Made by a program: the position numbers and the translations under genes. This document shows positions 10,692 to 21,055 of a stretch of DNA of 64,000 nt, piece after piece; position 1 is the first letter of the stretch, and every line of letters begins with the position of its first letter. The notes beneath the pieces were generated by a model that had not been told where the DNA came from, did no database searches, and saw nothing but the letters and a program-made list of their open reading frames with translations. This stretch comes from an uncultured Gammaproteobacteria bacterium (lineage in GTDB: Bacteria; Patescibacteriota; Microgenomatia; UBA10105; UBA927). Location: assembly GCA_964609895.1 (NCBI GenBank), contig CAZSTG010000001.1:141897-205896 (forward strand). Direction: 5' to 3'.

Positions 10692-10910
10692 ATGAAACAA
10701 AAAGAGAAACAACAGATTTTGTCCATGTCGCAGTCGGATTTGACGGCGCAGATCCGTGATGTGCAAAAACAGATCGCGACGCTGGAACTTGGCAAATATA
10801 CAAAGCCCATGAAGAATGTCCGGACTATTACAGCACTTCGCCGAAAAGTGGCGATTATGAAAACACGACTGAACGACGTATCCATTGCGGAAGTTGTAAA
10901 GGAGAAATAA
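10692..10910 (+). CDS. rpmC: 50S ribosomal protein L29
   Basis: 72 aa, LRRKVAIMKT; lies between rplP and rpsQ. Confidence 0.9.
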   Translation: MKQKEKQQILSMSQSDLTAQIRDVQKQIATLELGKYTKPMKNVRTITALRRKVAIMKTRLNDVSIAEVVKEK

Positions 10911-10914
10911 TTGT

Positions 10915-11160
10915 ATGGCAACAGAAAAAACAACCAAAGGAAAAGCACTGCAGGGAAAAGTCATTTCAAAAAAAATGAACAAGACGATTGTTGTGGAAAT
11001 TGGACATATGTTCCGACATCCGTTATACAGGAAAGCAACACGGACAACGAAACGATATCTGGTGCATTCGGAAAATGATGCAGTGCAGGTGGGCGACATG
11101 GTAACGATTACTGAAACACGACCGATAAGCAAATTGAAACGATTTATTGTAAAGGCATAA
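10915..11160 (+). CDS. rpsQ: 30S ribosomal protein S17
   Basis: KMNKTIVV, HPLYRK, ETRPISKLKRF. Confidence 0.98.
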   Translation: MATEKTTKGKALQGKVISKKMNKTIVVEIGHMFRHPLYRKATRTTKRYLVHSENDAVQVGDMVTITETRPISKLKRFIVKA

Positions 11161-11161
11161 T

Positions 11162-11530
11162 ATGATTCAACGAAGAACAGAATTAAAGTCGGCAGATAAC
11201 AGCGGTGTGCAATGGATGACCGTAACGCATATTTACGGATCTTCGCTTCGGAAATTTGCAACCCTCGGCGATATTGTGCAGTGTGTAGTGAAGAAGGCCG
11301 ATCCGACCGGAATCGTCAAAGACGATGAGCTGGTGAAAGTGGTTATTGTCAGGACACATAAAGAATACAGACGAAAAGACGGATCATATATCCGGTTCGA
11401 TGAAAATGCGGGAGTTGTCATCGATGCAGACGGCAACCCACGAGGAACACGTATCTTCGGGCCGATTGCCCGTGAGATTAAAGAAAAGGGTTTTGATAAA
11501 ATAGCCAGTATGTCTTTGGAGATGTTTTAA
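11162..11530 (+). CDS. rplN: 50S ribosomal protein L14
   Basis: ADNSG, DGSYIRFDENA, GTRIFGPIARE. Confidence 0.99.
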   Translation: MIQRRTELKSADNSGVQWMTVTHIYGSSLRKFATLGDIVQCVVKKADPTGIVKDDELVKVVIVRTHKEYRRKDGSYIRFDENAGVVIDADGNPRGTRIFGPIAREIKEKGFDKIASMSLEMF

Positions 11531-11532
11531 CT

Positions 11533-11838
11533 ATGAAATTTAAAAAAGGTGATGAAATCATCGTAACAATCGGAAAAGATAAAGGTCGAAAAGGAAAAAT
11601 TGAAAAAGTGTTTCCTCAGGAAAACACGGTGGTGGTTAGCGGCGTGAATATGTATAAACGACATGCAAAACGCCGAGATGATAAACATCCGGGCGGCATC
11701 ATTGAAAAACCGCGACCGCTTGCTGTTGGAAAAATTGCGTTGGTGTGTCCAAAATGCGGAAAACAGACACGAATTGGATATACCGTTGCGGCGAAAGAAA
11801 AATATCGGGTGTGTAAAAAATGCGAAGCAAAAATATAA
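11533..11838 (+). CDS. rplX: 50S ribosomal protein L24 (Zn-ribbon type)
   Basis: KKGDE..V..GKDKG; CPKC...CKKC. Confidence 0.97.
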   Translation: MKFKKGDEIIVTIGKDKGRKGKIEKVFPQENTVVVSGVNMYKRHAKRRDDKHPGGIIEKPRPLAVGKIALVCPKCGKQTRIGYTVAAKEKYRVCKKCEAKI

Positions 11839-11840
11839 CT

Positions 11841-12380
11841 ATGACAACCTTGGAACAACACTATCGTGAAGATATCGTACCAAAGCTTATGAATGAGCTG
11901 GGTATAAAAAATAAAATGGCAACACCAAAACTGTTAAAAGTGGTGATTAACTGCGGACTCGGAGAAGCGCTCAAAGATAAAAAAATTGCGGAAAAAGTGG
12001 CGGAACAGCTCGGGCTTATTACTGGGCAAAAACCGGTAATCACGAAGGCAAAGGTTGCCATTTCATCGTTCAAGCTTAGGGAAAACGACGTTATTGGTGT
12101 GAAAGTAACGCTTCGCGGAAAACGGATGTATGACTTTATTTCCAGACTCGTGGGAATTGCACTTCCCCGCGTCCGTGATTTCCGAGGTATTCCCACAAAG
12201 GGATTTGACGGACATGGAAATTACACCATGGGCATTGCGGAGCAAACTATATTTCCCGACCTTGAATATGCAGTTGTCGATCGGGTACGGGGATTTGAAG
12301 CGACATTTGTGACGACTGCTGAATCAGACGAACAGGCAAAAAAATTATTACAGTTGTTAGGTATGCCGTTTGCGGCGTAA
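11841..12380 (+). CDS. rplE: 50S ribosomal protein L5
   Basis: [24 protein letters not shown]. Confidence 0.98.
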   Translation: MTTLEQHYREDIVPKLMNELGIKNKMATPKLLKVVINCGLGEALKDKKIAEKVAEQLGLITGQKPVITKAKVAISSFKLRENDVIGVKVTLRGKRMYDFISRLVGIALPRVRDFRGIPTKGFDGHGNYTMGIAEQTIFPDLEYAVVDRVRGFEATFVTTAESDEQAKKLLQLLGMPFAA

Positions 12381-12387
12381 GGAAACT

Positions 12388-12573
12388 ATGGCAAAAACAT
12401 CTGATGTCGTTAAATTTGATAGTAAACAAAAATTTGCGGTTCGGCATAAGAACCGATGTAATTTGTGCGGAAGATCACGTGCGTATATGCGGAAGTTCGG
12501 TATTTGCAGGATCTGTTTTCGGGATCTTGCGCATAAAGGCGAATTGCCGGGAGTCGTAAAGGCATCGTGGTAA
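12388..12573 (+). CDS. rpsN: 30S ribosomal protein S14, Zn-binding (type Z)
   Basis: 61 aa; RCNLCGR...CRICFR...PGVVKASW. Confidence 0.97.
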   Translation: MAKTSDVVKFDSKQKFAVRHKNRCNLCGRSRAYMRKFGICRICFRDLAHKGELPGVVKASW

Positions 12574-12586
12574 AGGGGAATACATT

Positions 12587-12979
12587 ATGGTAAATGATCC
12601 TATTGGAGACATGTTAATACAGATAAAGAATGCCCAAGCAGCGGGAAAGAAGAGTGTGGATTTGCCATACTCGAATATGAAGGCTGCGCTCGGGGAAATT
12701 CTTGTGGCTGAAAAATATATTGAAAGCATCAAAAAAACAGGAACCGAACCGAAATTTGTATTACATATTGTGCTTCGGGAGGTAGACGGCGTATTCGCAA
12801 TTTCAGGAGTCAGGCGGGTCAGCAAACCGGGACTTCGCTGGTATATTGATAAAAACGAAATTCCCCGTGTATTTTCCGGAATGGGAACAGCAATACTTTC
12901 AACATCGAAAGGTATGATGACGGGACGAGCGGCAAAAAAACTCGGAATCGGCGGAGAATTATTGTGTGAAGTTTGGTAA
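12587..12979 (+). CDS. rpsH: 30S ribosomal protein S8
   Basis: DPIGDML, RVSKPGLR, GGELLCEVW. Confidence 0.98.
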   Translation: MVNDPIGDMLIQIKNAQAAGKKSVDLPYSNMKAALGEILVAEKYIESIKKTGTEPKFVLHIVLREVDGVFAISGVRRVSKPGLRWYIDKNEIPRVFSGMGTAILSTSKGMMTGRAAKKLGIGGELLCEVW

Positions 12980-12991
12980 AAAGGGGAACAT

Positions 12992-13549
12992 ATGTCACGA
13001 ATAGGAACAGCACTCATTGAATACAAGGATGCAACCATCACCATGGATGGGAATATGCTTCTGGTTAAAGGAGCAAAAGGCCAATTGTCACTTGCCATTC
13101 CAGAAGACATTACGGTGGAAGACAAAGACAAGACAGTGACAGTGTCATGTGGAAAACAGGACAAGAAACACAACGCATTACATGGATTCGTGAGAGCTGA
13201 GATTGCAAATATGATAACGGGTGTGACAACGGGCTGGACAAAATCGCTGGAAATGACCGGAGTTGGATACAGAGCTACGATGTCAGGAAATAATCTTGTG
13301 TTGTCCGTCGGTTTTTCCCATCAGGTGACCATTGTACCGCCCGAAGGGATAACAATTTCTGTCGTAGAAGGAAAGATTGTGGTGTCGGGGGCAAATAAAC
13401 AGCTTGTCGGACAAATCGCCGCGAACATTCGGGAAGTACGGAAACCAGAGCCGTACAAAGGAAAAGGAATTAAATACGTCGGAGAACATATCAGAAAGAA
13501 AGCAGGGAAATCAGCAAAGGCAATTGGAGGCGCAGGAGCTGCAAAATAA
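12992..13549 (+). CDS. rplF: 50S ribosomal protein L6
   Basis: MSRIG, GVGYRA, PEPYKGKGI. Confidence 0.98.
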   Translation: MSRIGTALIEYKDATITMDGNMLLVKGAKGQLSLAIPEDITVEDKDKTVTVSCGKQDKKHNALHGFVRAEIANMITGVTTGWTKSLEMTGVGYRATMSGNNLVLSVGFSHQVTIVPPEGITISVVEGKIVVSGANKQLVGQIAANIREVRKPEPYKGKGIKYVGEHIRKKAGKSAKAIGGAGAAK

Positions 13550-13561
13550 GGGAGTACATGT

Positions 13562-13900
13562 ATGTTAAAAAGAATTTCAAAAAAACTCATTCAATCAAAA
13601 CGGGTAGCCAGAATCCGTGCAAAAGTACGTGGAACTGAAACGCGGCCTCGGCTTTCCGTCTACCGTTCCAATCAGAAACTGATGGTGCAGGTGATAGATG
13701 ATGTGAAAAAGCTGACTGTTTTTTCTGTGCAGGGCGAAGGTAAAAATATTGCTAGCGCGAAAAAACTCGGCGAAGAGGTCGTTAAAAAAGCGAAGACAAA
13801 AAATATCGCAAGCATGGTGTTTGATAGAGGCGGATATAAATATCACGGCGTGGTGAAGCAGATTGCGGATACAATCCGTGAGGGAGGAATTACTATATGA
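13562..13900 (+). CDS. rplR: 50S ribosomal protein L18
   Basis: RPRLSVYRSN, FDRGGYKYHG. Confidence 0.98.
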   Translation: MLKRISKKLIQSKRVARIRAKVRGTETRPRLSVYRSNQKLMVQVIDDVKKLTVFSVQGEGKNIASAKKLGEEVVKKAKTKNIASMVFDRGGYKYHGVVKQIADTIREGGITI

Positions 13901-14361
13901 TTGATCAACATCGCATGCCTTCAGAGTTTGAGGAAAAAGTAGTCCAAGTCAACCGTGTTTCCAAAAAAACCAAAGGCGGAAATAAAATCGGATTTTCCGT
14001 GCTGATTGTTGTGGGCGACAAAAAGGGGAAAGTGGGAGTGGGATTAGGCGGAGCTCCTGATGTGTCAAGTGCAGTAAAGAAAGCGGTTGTCTATGCAAAA
14101 AAACACATGATAGTTGTTCCGATGCACAATAAAACCATTCCGCATGAAGTTCGGGTAAAACGCGGAGCTGCAATTATTTTGATTAAACCGGCACCACCGG
14201 GAACCGGAGTTATCGCAGGCGGTGCAGTCCGTTCTGTTATGGAAGCGGCAGGAGTGAAAGATGTGGTGTCAAAAATTCTTGGAAGCAAAAATCAGGCATC
14301 CAATGTGTATGCAACCATGGAAGCACTCAAAAAATTAAAAACAGTGACAGTACGAAAGTAA
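13897..14361 (+). CDS. rpsE: 30S ribosomal protein S5
   Basis: RVSKKTKGG, PAPPGTGVIAGG. Confidence 0.98.
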   Translation: MIDQHRMPSEFEEKVVQVNRVSKKTKGGNKIGFSVLIVVGDKKGKVGVGLGGAPDVSSAVKKAVVYAKKHMIVVPMHNKTIPHEVRVKRGAAIILIKPAPPGTGVIAGGAVRSVMEAAGVKDVVSKILGSKNQASNVYATMEALKKLKTVTVRK

Positions 14362-14368
14362 AAATTGT

Positions 14369-14800
14369 ATGAAACGAACATCTTTACCATCTATCGTAGC
14401 ACGGACAAAGAAAAGAATCGGTCGCGGTCATGGGTCCGGAAAAGTAAAAACGGCCGGTCGTGGAACCAAAGGACAGAATGCGCGTGATCACATGCCTATC
14501 GGATTTGAGGGAGGTCAACTCTCACTTACCAAACGGCTCCCGCTTCTTCGCGGCAAACTCAGAAATCATTCACAGAAACCGGTAGTTTCGGAAGTGCAGC
14601 TTGCAACACTCGCGAAACTTCCCGCGGGAGAAATCACTCGTGAAGTACTCATCAAACACGGATGTATCCAAAAAGATGCAAAACGGATTAAAGTGCTGGG
14701 AACAGCAAAACTTGGGGCAGCATATATCGTGCACGTCCCATGTTCAAAAGGAAGTTTGAAATCTATTACGGCAGCCGGCGGAAAAGTGGTTGTTGAATAA
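14369..14800 (+). CDS. rplO: 50S ribosomal protein L15
   Basis: RIGRGHGSG, GRGTKGQNAR, GFEGGQ. Confidence 0.97.
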   Translation: MKRTSLPSIVARTKKRIGRGHGSGKVKTAGRGTKGQNARDHMPIGFEGGQLSLTKRLPLLRGKLRNHSQKPVVSEVQLATLAKLPAGEITREVLIKHGCIQKDAKRIKVLGTAKLGAAYIVHVPCSKGSLKSITAAGGKVVVE

Positions 14801-14837
14801 CACCGGTTGTTCGTAGTATTGTAGATTGTGTTCAACC

Positions 14838-16127
14838 ATGAATACGCTACTTGCACCACTGATAAACAGTTGGAAAACGCCTGCGCTTCGAAGGAAAATA
14901 CTCTTAACCGCCGGACTTTTTGTCATATTCAGATTGTTTGCGCATATTCCGATTCCGGGTGTCGACACGACGCGACTTGCAGTGTTGTTTTCCCAAAATC
15001 AATTTTTGGCGCTTCTTGATGTGTTTTCTGGCGGCACACTCGTGAATTTTTCCATCCTCGCACTCGGAATCAATCCATACATCAACGCCTCGATTATCCT
15101 ACAACTGCTGCAGATTGTGTTTCCGAAACTGGAAGAGCTTGCAAAAGAAGGGGAATCAGGAAGGGAACAAATCAATCAGTACACGAGATTTCTCACCGTA
15201 CCGCTTGCGGTGGTACAGGCAGTCGGCATGGTGGCGCTTCTCCGAAATCAGGGTATTATTGCACATATCAATCCCCTGACACTTCTCACTATCGTGCTGA
15301 CGATGACGGCTGGCACAATGTTTGTGATGTGGCTTGGAGAATTGATTACCGAATACGGAATAGGCAACGGCATTTCGCTTTTGATATTTGCAGGCATTGT
15401 CGGGCGAATGCCCGTCGTCTTCGGACAGACAATCACAACAGCGACTGCGGAGTCAGTGATGAATCTGGCGTTTGTCGCTATGCTGGGATTTGTCGTCATT
15501 GCGGCAACCGTTATTGTCAATGAGGCGGTGAGAAAAGTGTCCGTACAATACGCGCGCCGTGTCAGGGGAAACAAGATTTACGGCGGCGGATCCTCGTTTT
15601 TGCCGCTTCGGGTGAATCAGGCGGGGGTTATCCCAATTATTTTTGCCGTGTCCATGGTACTGTTGCCATCGCTGCTCGGAGGGTTTTTAGGTCAACTGCC
15701 GAATGCCGGTCTTGCATCCTTCGGGAAAGGGATGTCAGCTCTTTTTAATCCGAACGGCATATTTTATAATCTTTTTTATTTTGTACTTGTAATCGGTTTT
15801 ACCTATTTTTATACCGCCATCACGTTCAATCCGAAAAAAATTTCTGAAGAAATTCAAAAATACGGCGGATTCATACCCGGTATCCGTCCGGGTGTTCCGA
15901 CGGCGAATTACTTAAACTACATATTGACGCGCATTACGCTCGCAGGCGCCATTTTTCTTGGAATTATCGCCATTCTGCCTTCTCTTGCCAGAGGGATAAC
16001 GGGAATGACAACACTTCTTATCGGTGGAACAAGCGTACTTATCGTTGTTTCGGTCGTTCTTGAAACAGTCAAGACGCTTGAAGCGCAACTCGTCATGCGC
16101 AATTATGACGGCTTTTTAAAGGATTAA
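14838..16127 (+). CDS. secY: Preprotein translocase subunit SecY
   Basis: [42 protein letters not shown]. Confidence 0.99.
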   Translation: MNTLLAPLINSWKTPALRRKILLTAGLFVIFRLFAHIPIPGVDTTRLAVLFSQNQFLALLDVFSGGTLVNFSILALGINPYINASIILQLLQIVFPKLEELAKEGESGREQINQYTRFLTVPLAVVQAVGMVALLRNQGIIAHINPLTLLTIVLTMTAGTMFVMWLGELITEYGIGNGISLLIFAGIVGRMPVVFGQTITTATAESVMNLAFVAMLGFVVIAATVIVNEAVRKVSVQYARRVRGNKIYGGGSSFLPLRVNQAGVIPIIFAVSMVLLPSLLGGFLGQLPNAGLASFGKGMSALFNPNGIFYNLFYFVLVIGFTYFYTAITFNPKKISEEIQKYGGFIPGIRPGVPTANYLNYILTRITLAGAIFLGIIAILPSLARGITGMTTLLIGGTSVLIVVSVVLETVKTLEAQLVMRNYDGFLKD

Positions 16128-16213
16128 TTTTTTAGGATTCTTGCTATTCACGAGAAAAACAGAAAAAGAAGAGTGTCTTCGTGTTTTTGAAGTGGATAGT
16201 GAGTCTAATAGTC

Positions 16214-16819
16214 ATGCATATAGTATTTTTTGGCCCAGAAGGATCAGGGAAGGGAACGCAGGCAAAATTATTGGCAGATGAATTAAAAATTCCTATTTTA
16301 ACGAGCGGTGATTTGGTGCGGGATGCAGCAGCAAACGACAAAGGCATTATCGGAGCGGTATGTAAACAAGCACTCGAAGAGGGAAAATATGTTGCAAACA
16401 GTGAAATGGAAGTATTGTGGAAGTGGAGACTCAAAGAAGACGATGCAAAAGGCGCATGGATTATGGATGGATATCCAAGAAATGTCGAACAGGTAAAATT
16501 TCTTGACGACAAGATTGATAAGTACGGATATAAAGTTGAACTTGTCATTTTCTTAGATCTTCCTGAAGATGTATCGTATGAACGATTAATTAAACGCGGT
16601 CGACCGATGTATCCGGGAAGTACAGAACTCCATGATTCCCCAGAACGGATTAAAAGCAGACTTGCGATTTATAAAGAAGGTGAGAAAGCAGTTTTGGATT
16701 ATTACACAACATCCGGTGTTACACTTGTCCATATAAATGCCCATCAGAGTGTTGAGCAAGTGCATACAGATATCATGAAGGCAGTGGAAGAGTGCAAAAA
16801 GAAAACGGGGTGCAAATAA
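16214..16819 (+). CDS. adk: Adenylate kinase (short/atypical LID)
   Basis: GPEGSGKGTQA, SGDLVR, DGYPRN; follows secY. Confidence 0.9.
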   Translation: MHIVFFGPEGSGKGTQAKLLADELKIPILTSGDLVRDAAANDKGIIGAVCKQALEEGKYVANSEMEVLWKWRLKEDDAKGAWIMDGYPRNVEQVKFLDDKIDKYGYKVELVIFLDLPEDVSYERLIKRGRPMYPGSTELHDSPERIKSRLAIYKEGEKAVLDYYTTSGVTLVHINAHQSVEQVHTDIMKAVEECKKKTGCK

Positions 16820-16821
16820 TT

Positions 16822-17505
16822 ATGGCGCTGCAAATTGCTATTGACGGACCGGTTGCCGCAGGGAAAGGAGATATTGCAGCCCGTCTTGCACAAAAACTGC
16901 ATCTTCTCTATATCTATACCGGTGCCATGTACCGCATGCTTGCGCTTGCCTGCATTACTGACGGTGTAGCAACGAAAGATGAACAGGGAGTGTATGCTGT
17001 ACTTGGGAAAAGTTCTATTGAGCTTGCAAGACCGCCAAAAGGAAGCGTGGAGACATTTATTGCGAAATTAAACGGTACGGATGTGACAGCGCGCATTATG
17101 GAACCGGATGTGGCAGCGGGAGCATCAGATGTTGCTGTGTTTCCAAGTGTCCGGAAAGAAATGGTTATACGACAGCAACAGATTGCAGATGACAAGCCGG
17201 TCGTTATGGAGGGAAGAGACATTGGTCTTCGTGTGTTACCTCATGCGCAGTTAAAAATATTTTTAACTGCATCTCTTGAAGAACGTGCACGAAGGCGGTT
17301 TGATCAATGGAGACAAAAAGGAATTGCTGTTTCCATGGACAAAGTTATTGAAGAAACAAAAGCTCGTGACGCACAGGATATGGGGAGAGTAACTGATCCG
17401 TTGCAAAAACTTTCGGACGCATGGGAGCTTGATTCAACAACAATGACGCAGGAAGAAGTCGTTCATGCTATTGTGAAGGAGCTCACCAAGAGGAAGCTTA
17501 TATGA
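16822..17505 (+). CDS. cmk: Cytidylate kinase
   Basis: IAIDGPVAAGKG, TGAMYR, VMEGRDIG, KIFLTAS.EERARRR. Confidence 0.95.
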   Translation: MALQIAIDGPVAAGKGDIAARLAQKLHLLYIYTGAMYRMLALACITDGVATKDEQGVYAVLGKSSIELARPPKGSVETFIAKLNGTDVTARIMEPDVAAGASDVAVFPSVRKEMVIRQQQIADDKPVVMEGRDIGLRVLPHAQLKIFLTASLEERARRRFDQWRQKGIAVSMDKVIEETKARDAQDMGRVTDPLQKLSDAWELDSTTMTQEEVVHAIVKELTKRKLI

Positions 17506-18272
17506 TTGCGCCAAAAACACCAGAAGAAATACACGCGATGAAAGTAGGTGGGGAAAAATTAGGGAAAATATTGCAGGAATTACTGGTTGTTTCTACGCCA
17601 GGAACTAGACTTCTTGATTTGGAGGAGATGGCACAAAAACGCATTCAGGAAGCAGGCGGTCTTCCTTCATTTTCAACTGTGGGTGACTATCGATGGGCGA
17701 CGTGTCTTTGCGTCAATGATGTTGTTGTTCATGGAATCCCTTCCGAGTATCGGCTGCAAGCCGGTGATATGTTTACGATTGACATCGGTATGATTTATCA
17801 GGGGTTGCATACAGATACCGCTTGGAGCATGATTGTCGGTGAAGAACAGGATAAAACTGAACGCAAAAAACGGTTTCTTACCGTCGGCGAAGACACATTA
17901 TGGAAAGCAATCGCGGTTGCCAAAGCAGGAAACAGGATCGGCAATATTTCCGAAGTCATTCAGCGGGAGATCGAAGGTGCAGGATATAGTGTCATCAAGG
18001 ATCTGACTGGGCACGGGGTCGGAAGAAAGCTTCATGAAGAACCGATGATTCCTGAATACGTCAGGGGGGATATTGCACGTACACCGCTTCTTGTCTCCGG
18101 CATGACCATTGCCATTGAGGTGATCTACGCCGAAGGGAAGGGTACGATTGAATATGTGGGGGATGACGGTTGGGCGTTGGCTTCCCGCGACAGGTCACTG
18201 ACCGCCACATTCGAACATACAATCGCCATTGGCGATCCAGAAAGCACCGTGTTGACCAAACCGGAAAATTGA
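17502..18272 (+). CDS. map: Methionine aminopeptidase type I
   Basis: NDVVVHGIP, TDTAW, GHGVGRKLHEEP, FEHTI. Confidence 0.97.
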   Translation: MIAPKTPEEIHAMKVGGEKLGKILQELLVVSTPGTRLLDLEEMAQKRIQEAGGLPSFSTVGDYRWATCLCVNDVVVHGIPSEYRLQAGDMFTIDIGMIYQGLHTDTAWSMIVGEEQDKTERKKRFLTVGEDTLWKAIAVAKAGNRIGNISEVIQREIEGAGYSVIKDLTGHGVGRKLHEEPMIPEYVRGDIARTPLLVSGMTIAIEVIYAEGKGTIEYVGDDGWALASRDRSLTATFEHTIAIGDPESTVLTKPEN

Positions 18273-18348
18273 GGTAAAATAAAGCACTAACACCCGCTTA
18301 TTTATGAGTTGGGTAATCCAACGTTCAAAAGCGGTAGTTATTTTTTTT
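18252..18348 (+). promoter_or_regulatory. infA/alpha-cluster promoter and long leader hairpin with U-tract
   Basis: TTGACC-N17-TAAAAT (18252-18280); TAAC..CCGCTT..GTTGG-GTAAT-CCAAC..AAGCGG..GTTA then T8. Confidence 0.6.
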
Positions 18349-18356
18349 GCGTATTT

Positions 18357-18575
18357 ATGGCACATCAGGGAAATATAGAAGTCGAAGGAGAAGTGCTTGA
18401 ATGTTTGCCGAATACGCTGTTTCGGGTCAAGTTGCCGAATGGGGTGATTGTTCTTTGTCATCTGTCCGGAAAAATGCGCTTAAATTATATCCGCATCATG
18501 CCGGGAGACAAAGTGAGAATTGAAATGACACCGTACGACGCAACAAAAGGGAGAATAACGTATCGAGTCAGGTAA
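18357..18575 (+). CDS. infA: Translation initiation factor IF-1
   Basis: [24 protein letters not shown]. Confidence 0.98.
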   Translation: MAHQGNIEVEGEVLECLPNTLFRVKLPNGVIVLCHLSGKMRLNYIRIMPGDKVRIEMTPYDATKGRITYRVR

Positions 18576-18579
18576 ATAT

Positions 18580-18693
18580 ATGAAAGTCCGAGCAAGTGTA
18601 AAAGTCATGTGTGATAAATGTAAAATCGTCCGCAGACGCGGACGGGTGTTTGTGATTTGTGAAAATCCCAAACATAAACAGCGACAGGGATAA
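18580..18693 (+). CDS. rpmJ: 50S ribosomal protein L36
   Basis: Translated by hand: [37 protein letters not shown]. Too short for the ORF track. Confidence 0.98.
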   Translation: MKVRASVKVMCDKCKIVRRRGRVFVICENPKHKQRQG

Positions 18694-18697
18694 TTAT

Positions 18698-19114
18698 ATG
18701 GCACGTATTTCCGGAGTTGATATACCAAATGAGAAACGGGTGGACATCGCACTCACCTATATCTATGGGATAGGAAGAACCAATGTTCAGTCGGTTCTTG
18801 CATCCGCACACATAGATGCTGCAAGACGGGTGAACACCTTAACTGATGAGGAAATCAGCCATCTTGCAAAAGTTATCGAAAAATCATTCACTGTTGAAGG
18901 AAACCTCAGACAACTCATTGCTTCAAACATCAAAAGACTTCGGGAGATTGCTGCATACAGAGGCGTTAGACATATGAGAAAGTTGCCGTCACGCGGACAA
19001 CGCACACGTTCCAACGGACGGACACAACGGGGACGTCGTTTAACCGTGGGTGCGATGAAAAAAGACGATCGGGCAAAGGTAGAAGCGGCAACGACTGCAG
19101 CGCCGAAGAAATAA
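18698..19114 (+). CDS. rpsM: 30S ribosomal protein S13
   Basis: MARISGVDIP, LTYIYGIG, LPSRGQRTRSN. Confidence 0.98.
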   Translation: MARISGVDIPNEKRVDIALTYIYGIGRTNVQSVLASAHIDAARRVNTLTDEEISHLAKVIEKSFTVEGNLRQLIASNIKRLREIAAYRGVRHMRKLPSRGQRTRSNGRTQRGRRLTVGAMKKDDRAKVEAATTAAPKK

Positions 19115-19123
19115 GGAAACACT

Positions 19124-19495
19124 ATGGCAAAAACACAAGTAAAAAAAACAGTTGAACACGGAAAAGTATTCATTACCGCTACGTTTAACAACACATTGGT
19201 GACCATAACCGACATACAGGGAAATGCGCTCTATTGGAGTTCATCCGGACTGGTTGGATTTAAAGGCGCACGCAAGGCAACACCATTTGCGGCCACATCC
19301 GCAGTGGAATCCATCGGAAGAAAAGCTTTGGAAAATGGCATGCGGGATGTTGAAGTGTTCATTAAAGGACCGGGAGCCGGACGGGACGCATCACTTAGGG
19401 CGCTCCGTGCGGTAGGATTGAATATTACGCTTATTGCAGATGTTACACCGATTCCACACAATGGAGTCCGGCCAAAGAAAAAGAGGAGAGTCTAA
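19124..19495 (+). CDS. rpsK: 30S ribosomal protein S11
   Basis: [23 protein letters not shown]. Confidence 0.99.
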   Translation: MAKTQVKKTVEHGKVFITATFNNTLVTITDIQGNALYWSSSGLVGFKGARKATPFAATSAVESIGRKALENGMRDVEVFIKGPGAGRDASLRALRAVGLNITLIADVTPIPHNGVRPKKKRRV

Positions 19496-19496
19496 T

Positions 19497-20117
19497 ATGG
19501 CACGATATACTGGACCGAAAAACAGATTGGCGCGGCGGGAAGGCATGGATTTGGGGTTGAAAACTGTCGGATCTCATGCACATGCGTCGATGCTGAAACG
19601 ATTGACTATTATCCCTGGTCAGCATGGGGTTAAGGGGCGGAAGAAAGTAACAGGATATGGCATTCAGCTTCGTGAAAAGCAAAAAGTGAAACGGTTATAT
19701 GGAGTAATGGAAAAACAATTCAGGAAAGTATTTGCAGAAGCAAAGAAATGGAAGGGAAACACGGGAGATAAGTTGATTGAATATCTGGAGCGACGGCTTG
19801 ACAACACACTTGTCAGAATGAATATCGCACCGACACGGGCAGCAGCCAGACAATGCATCAGTCATGGGCACGTGCTGGTGAATGGGAAAAAACTAACTAT
19901 CCCTTCATACAGAGTAGAAGTGAATGACGTAATGACGCTTGACGCAAAAGGTATGGAAATTCCTTCCATTAAAAAAATGATGGATGAAAAAAGCCCGATT
20001 ATGGCGCCATGGGTTGAGCGAAAAGGACCGGCGGGAAAAGTTGTCAAACTACCGGAGCGGTCGGATGTACAGGAAGACATACAAGAACAATTAATTGTTG
20101 AGTTCTATTCACGCTAA
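19497..20117 (+). CDS. rpsD: 30S ribosomal protein S4
   Basis: MARYTGP, QLREKQK, LERRLDN, IVEFYSR. Confidence 0.99.
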   Translation: MARYTGPKNRLARREGMDLGLKTVGSHAHASMLKRLTIIPGQHGVKGRKKVTGYGIQLREKQKVKRLYGVMEKQFRKVFAEAKKWKGNTGDKLIEYLERRLDNTLVRMNIAPTRAAARQCISHGHVLVNGKKLTIPSYRVEVNDVMTLDAKGMEIPSIKKMMDEKSPIMAPWVERKGPAGKVVKLPERSDVQEDIQEQLIVEFYSR

Positions 20118-20130
20118 AGGAGAGCGCACT

Positions 20131-21051
20131 ATGTCAGATCCAAATTTTTCGATTAAAACAGAAGTTGAAGAAAAAGCCTACGGACGGTTCCTTGTGGAGC
20201 CGCTTGCGCAGGGGTATGGTCAGACACTCGGTAACAGTTTACGCAGGGTGCTGTTGACATCGCTTTCCGGCTGTGCCGTTACTTCAGTGAAAATCGAAGG
20301 GGTGAAACATCAGTACGCAACACTTCCGGGGTTGAAAGAAGATATTGTTGAATTTTTGCTTAATGTCAAAAAAATCCGTCTTACAATAGAAGGTGAAGAG
20401 ACGGGAAAAATGACGCTTTCTAAAAAAGGTCCGGGAGTGATTACAGCAGGAGACATAGAAACGGGAGCTGGTGTGACTATCGTGAATCCGGAGCTTGTGC
20501 TCGGAACGCTGGCCGACAAAAAGACAGAGCTTGTTATGGAACTGACTGCGCAAAAGGGATTCGGATATGTTACCGCGGATGAACAGCATATTGATGAGAT
20601 CGGGGTTATTCCGCTAGATGCGCTGTATTCGCCGATTGTCCGCGTGAATTACCGTGTCGAAGCGACTCGTGTCGGACGCATGACCAATTTGGATAAATTG
20701 GTGATGGATATCTGGACAGACGGAACAAAATCACCCATTGACGCGCTCAAAAATTCTGCAAAGATTCTTGCGGCTTATTTTGCACAGGTATATGAACCAA
20801 AAACGGCCGGCGTGGAAGAGACAAAAACAATCGCTCCGTCAGTATCTGATGAAGTGGTGAAAATGCGTATTGAAGAACTCGATATTCCAACCCGTATTGT
20901 GAATGCATTATCCAACGGCGGGATTGAAACGATCGGACAACTCTTGAGTGCACCGAATGCGGACTTGATGAAGATCAAGAATCTTGGCGCAAAATCGTTG
21001 TCCATCATTGCAGAGAAACTCAAGGAGAAGGGCGTTACGTTAACGGTCTAA
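20131..21051 (+). CDS. rpoA: RNA polymerase alpha subunit
   Basis: GYGQTLGNSLRRVLL, DALYSP, KNLGAKS. Confidence 0.99.
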   Translation: MSDPNFSIKTEVEEKAYGRFLVEPLAQGYGQTLGNSLRRVLLTSLSGCAVTSVKIEGVKHQYATLPGLKEDIVEFLLNVKKIRLTIEGEETGKMTLSKKGPGVITAGDIETGAGVTIVNPELVLGTLADKKTELVMELTAQKGFGYVTADEQHIDEIGVIPLDALYSPIVRVNYRVEATRVGRMTNLDKLVMDIWTDGTKSPIDALKNSAKILAAYFAQVYEPKTAGVEETKTIAPSVSDEVVKMRIEELDIPTRIVNALSNGGIETIGQLLSAPNADLMKIKNLGAKSLSIIAEKLKEKGVTLTV

Positions 21052-21055
21052 TACT

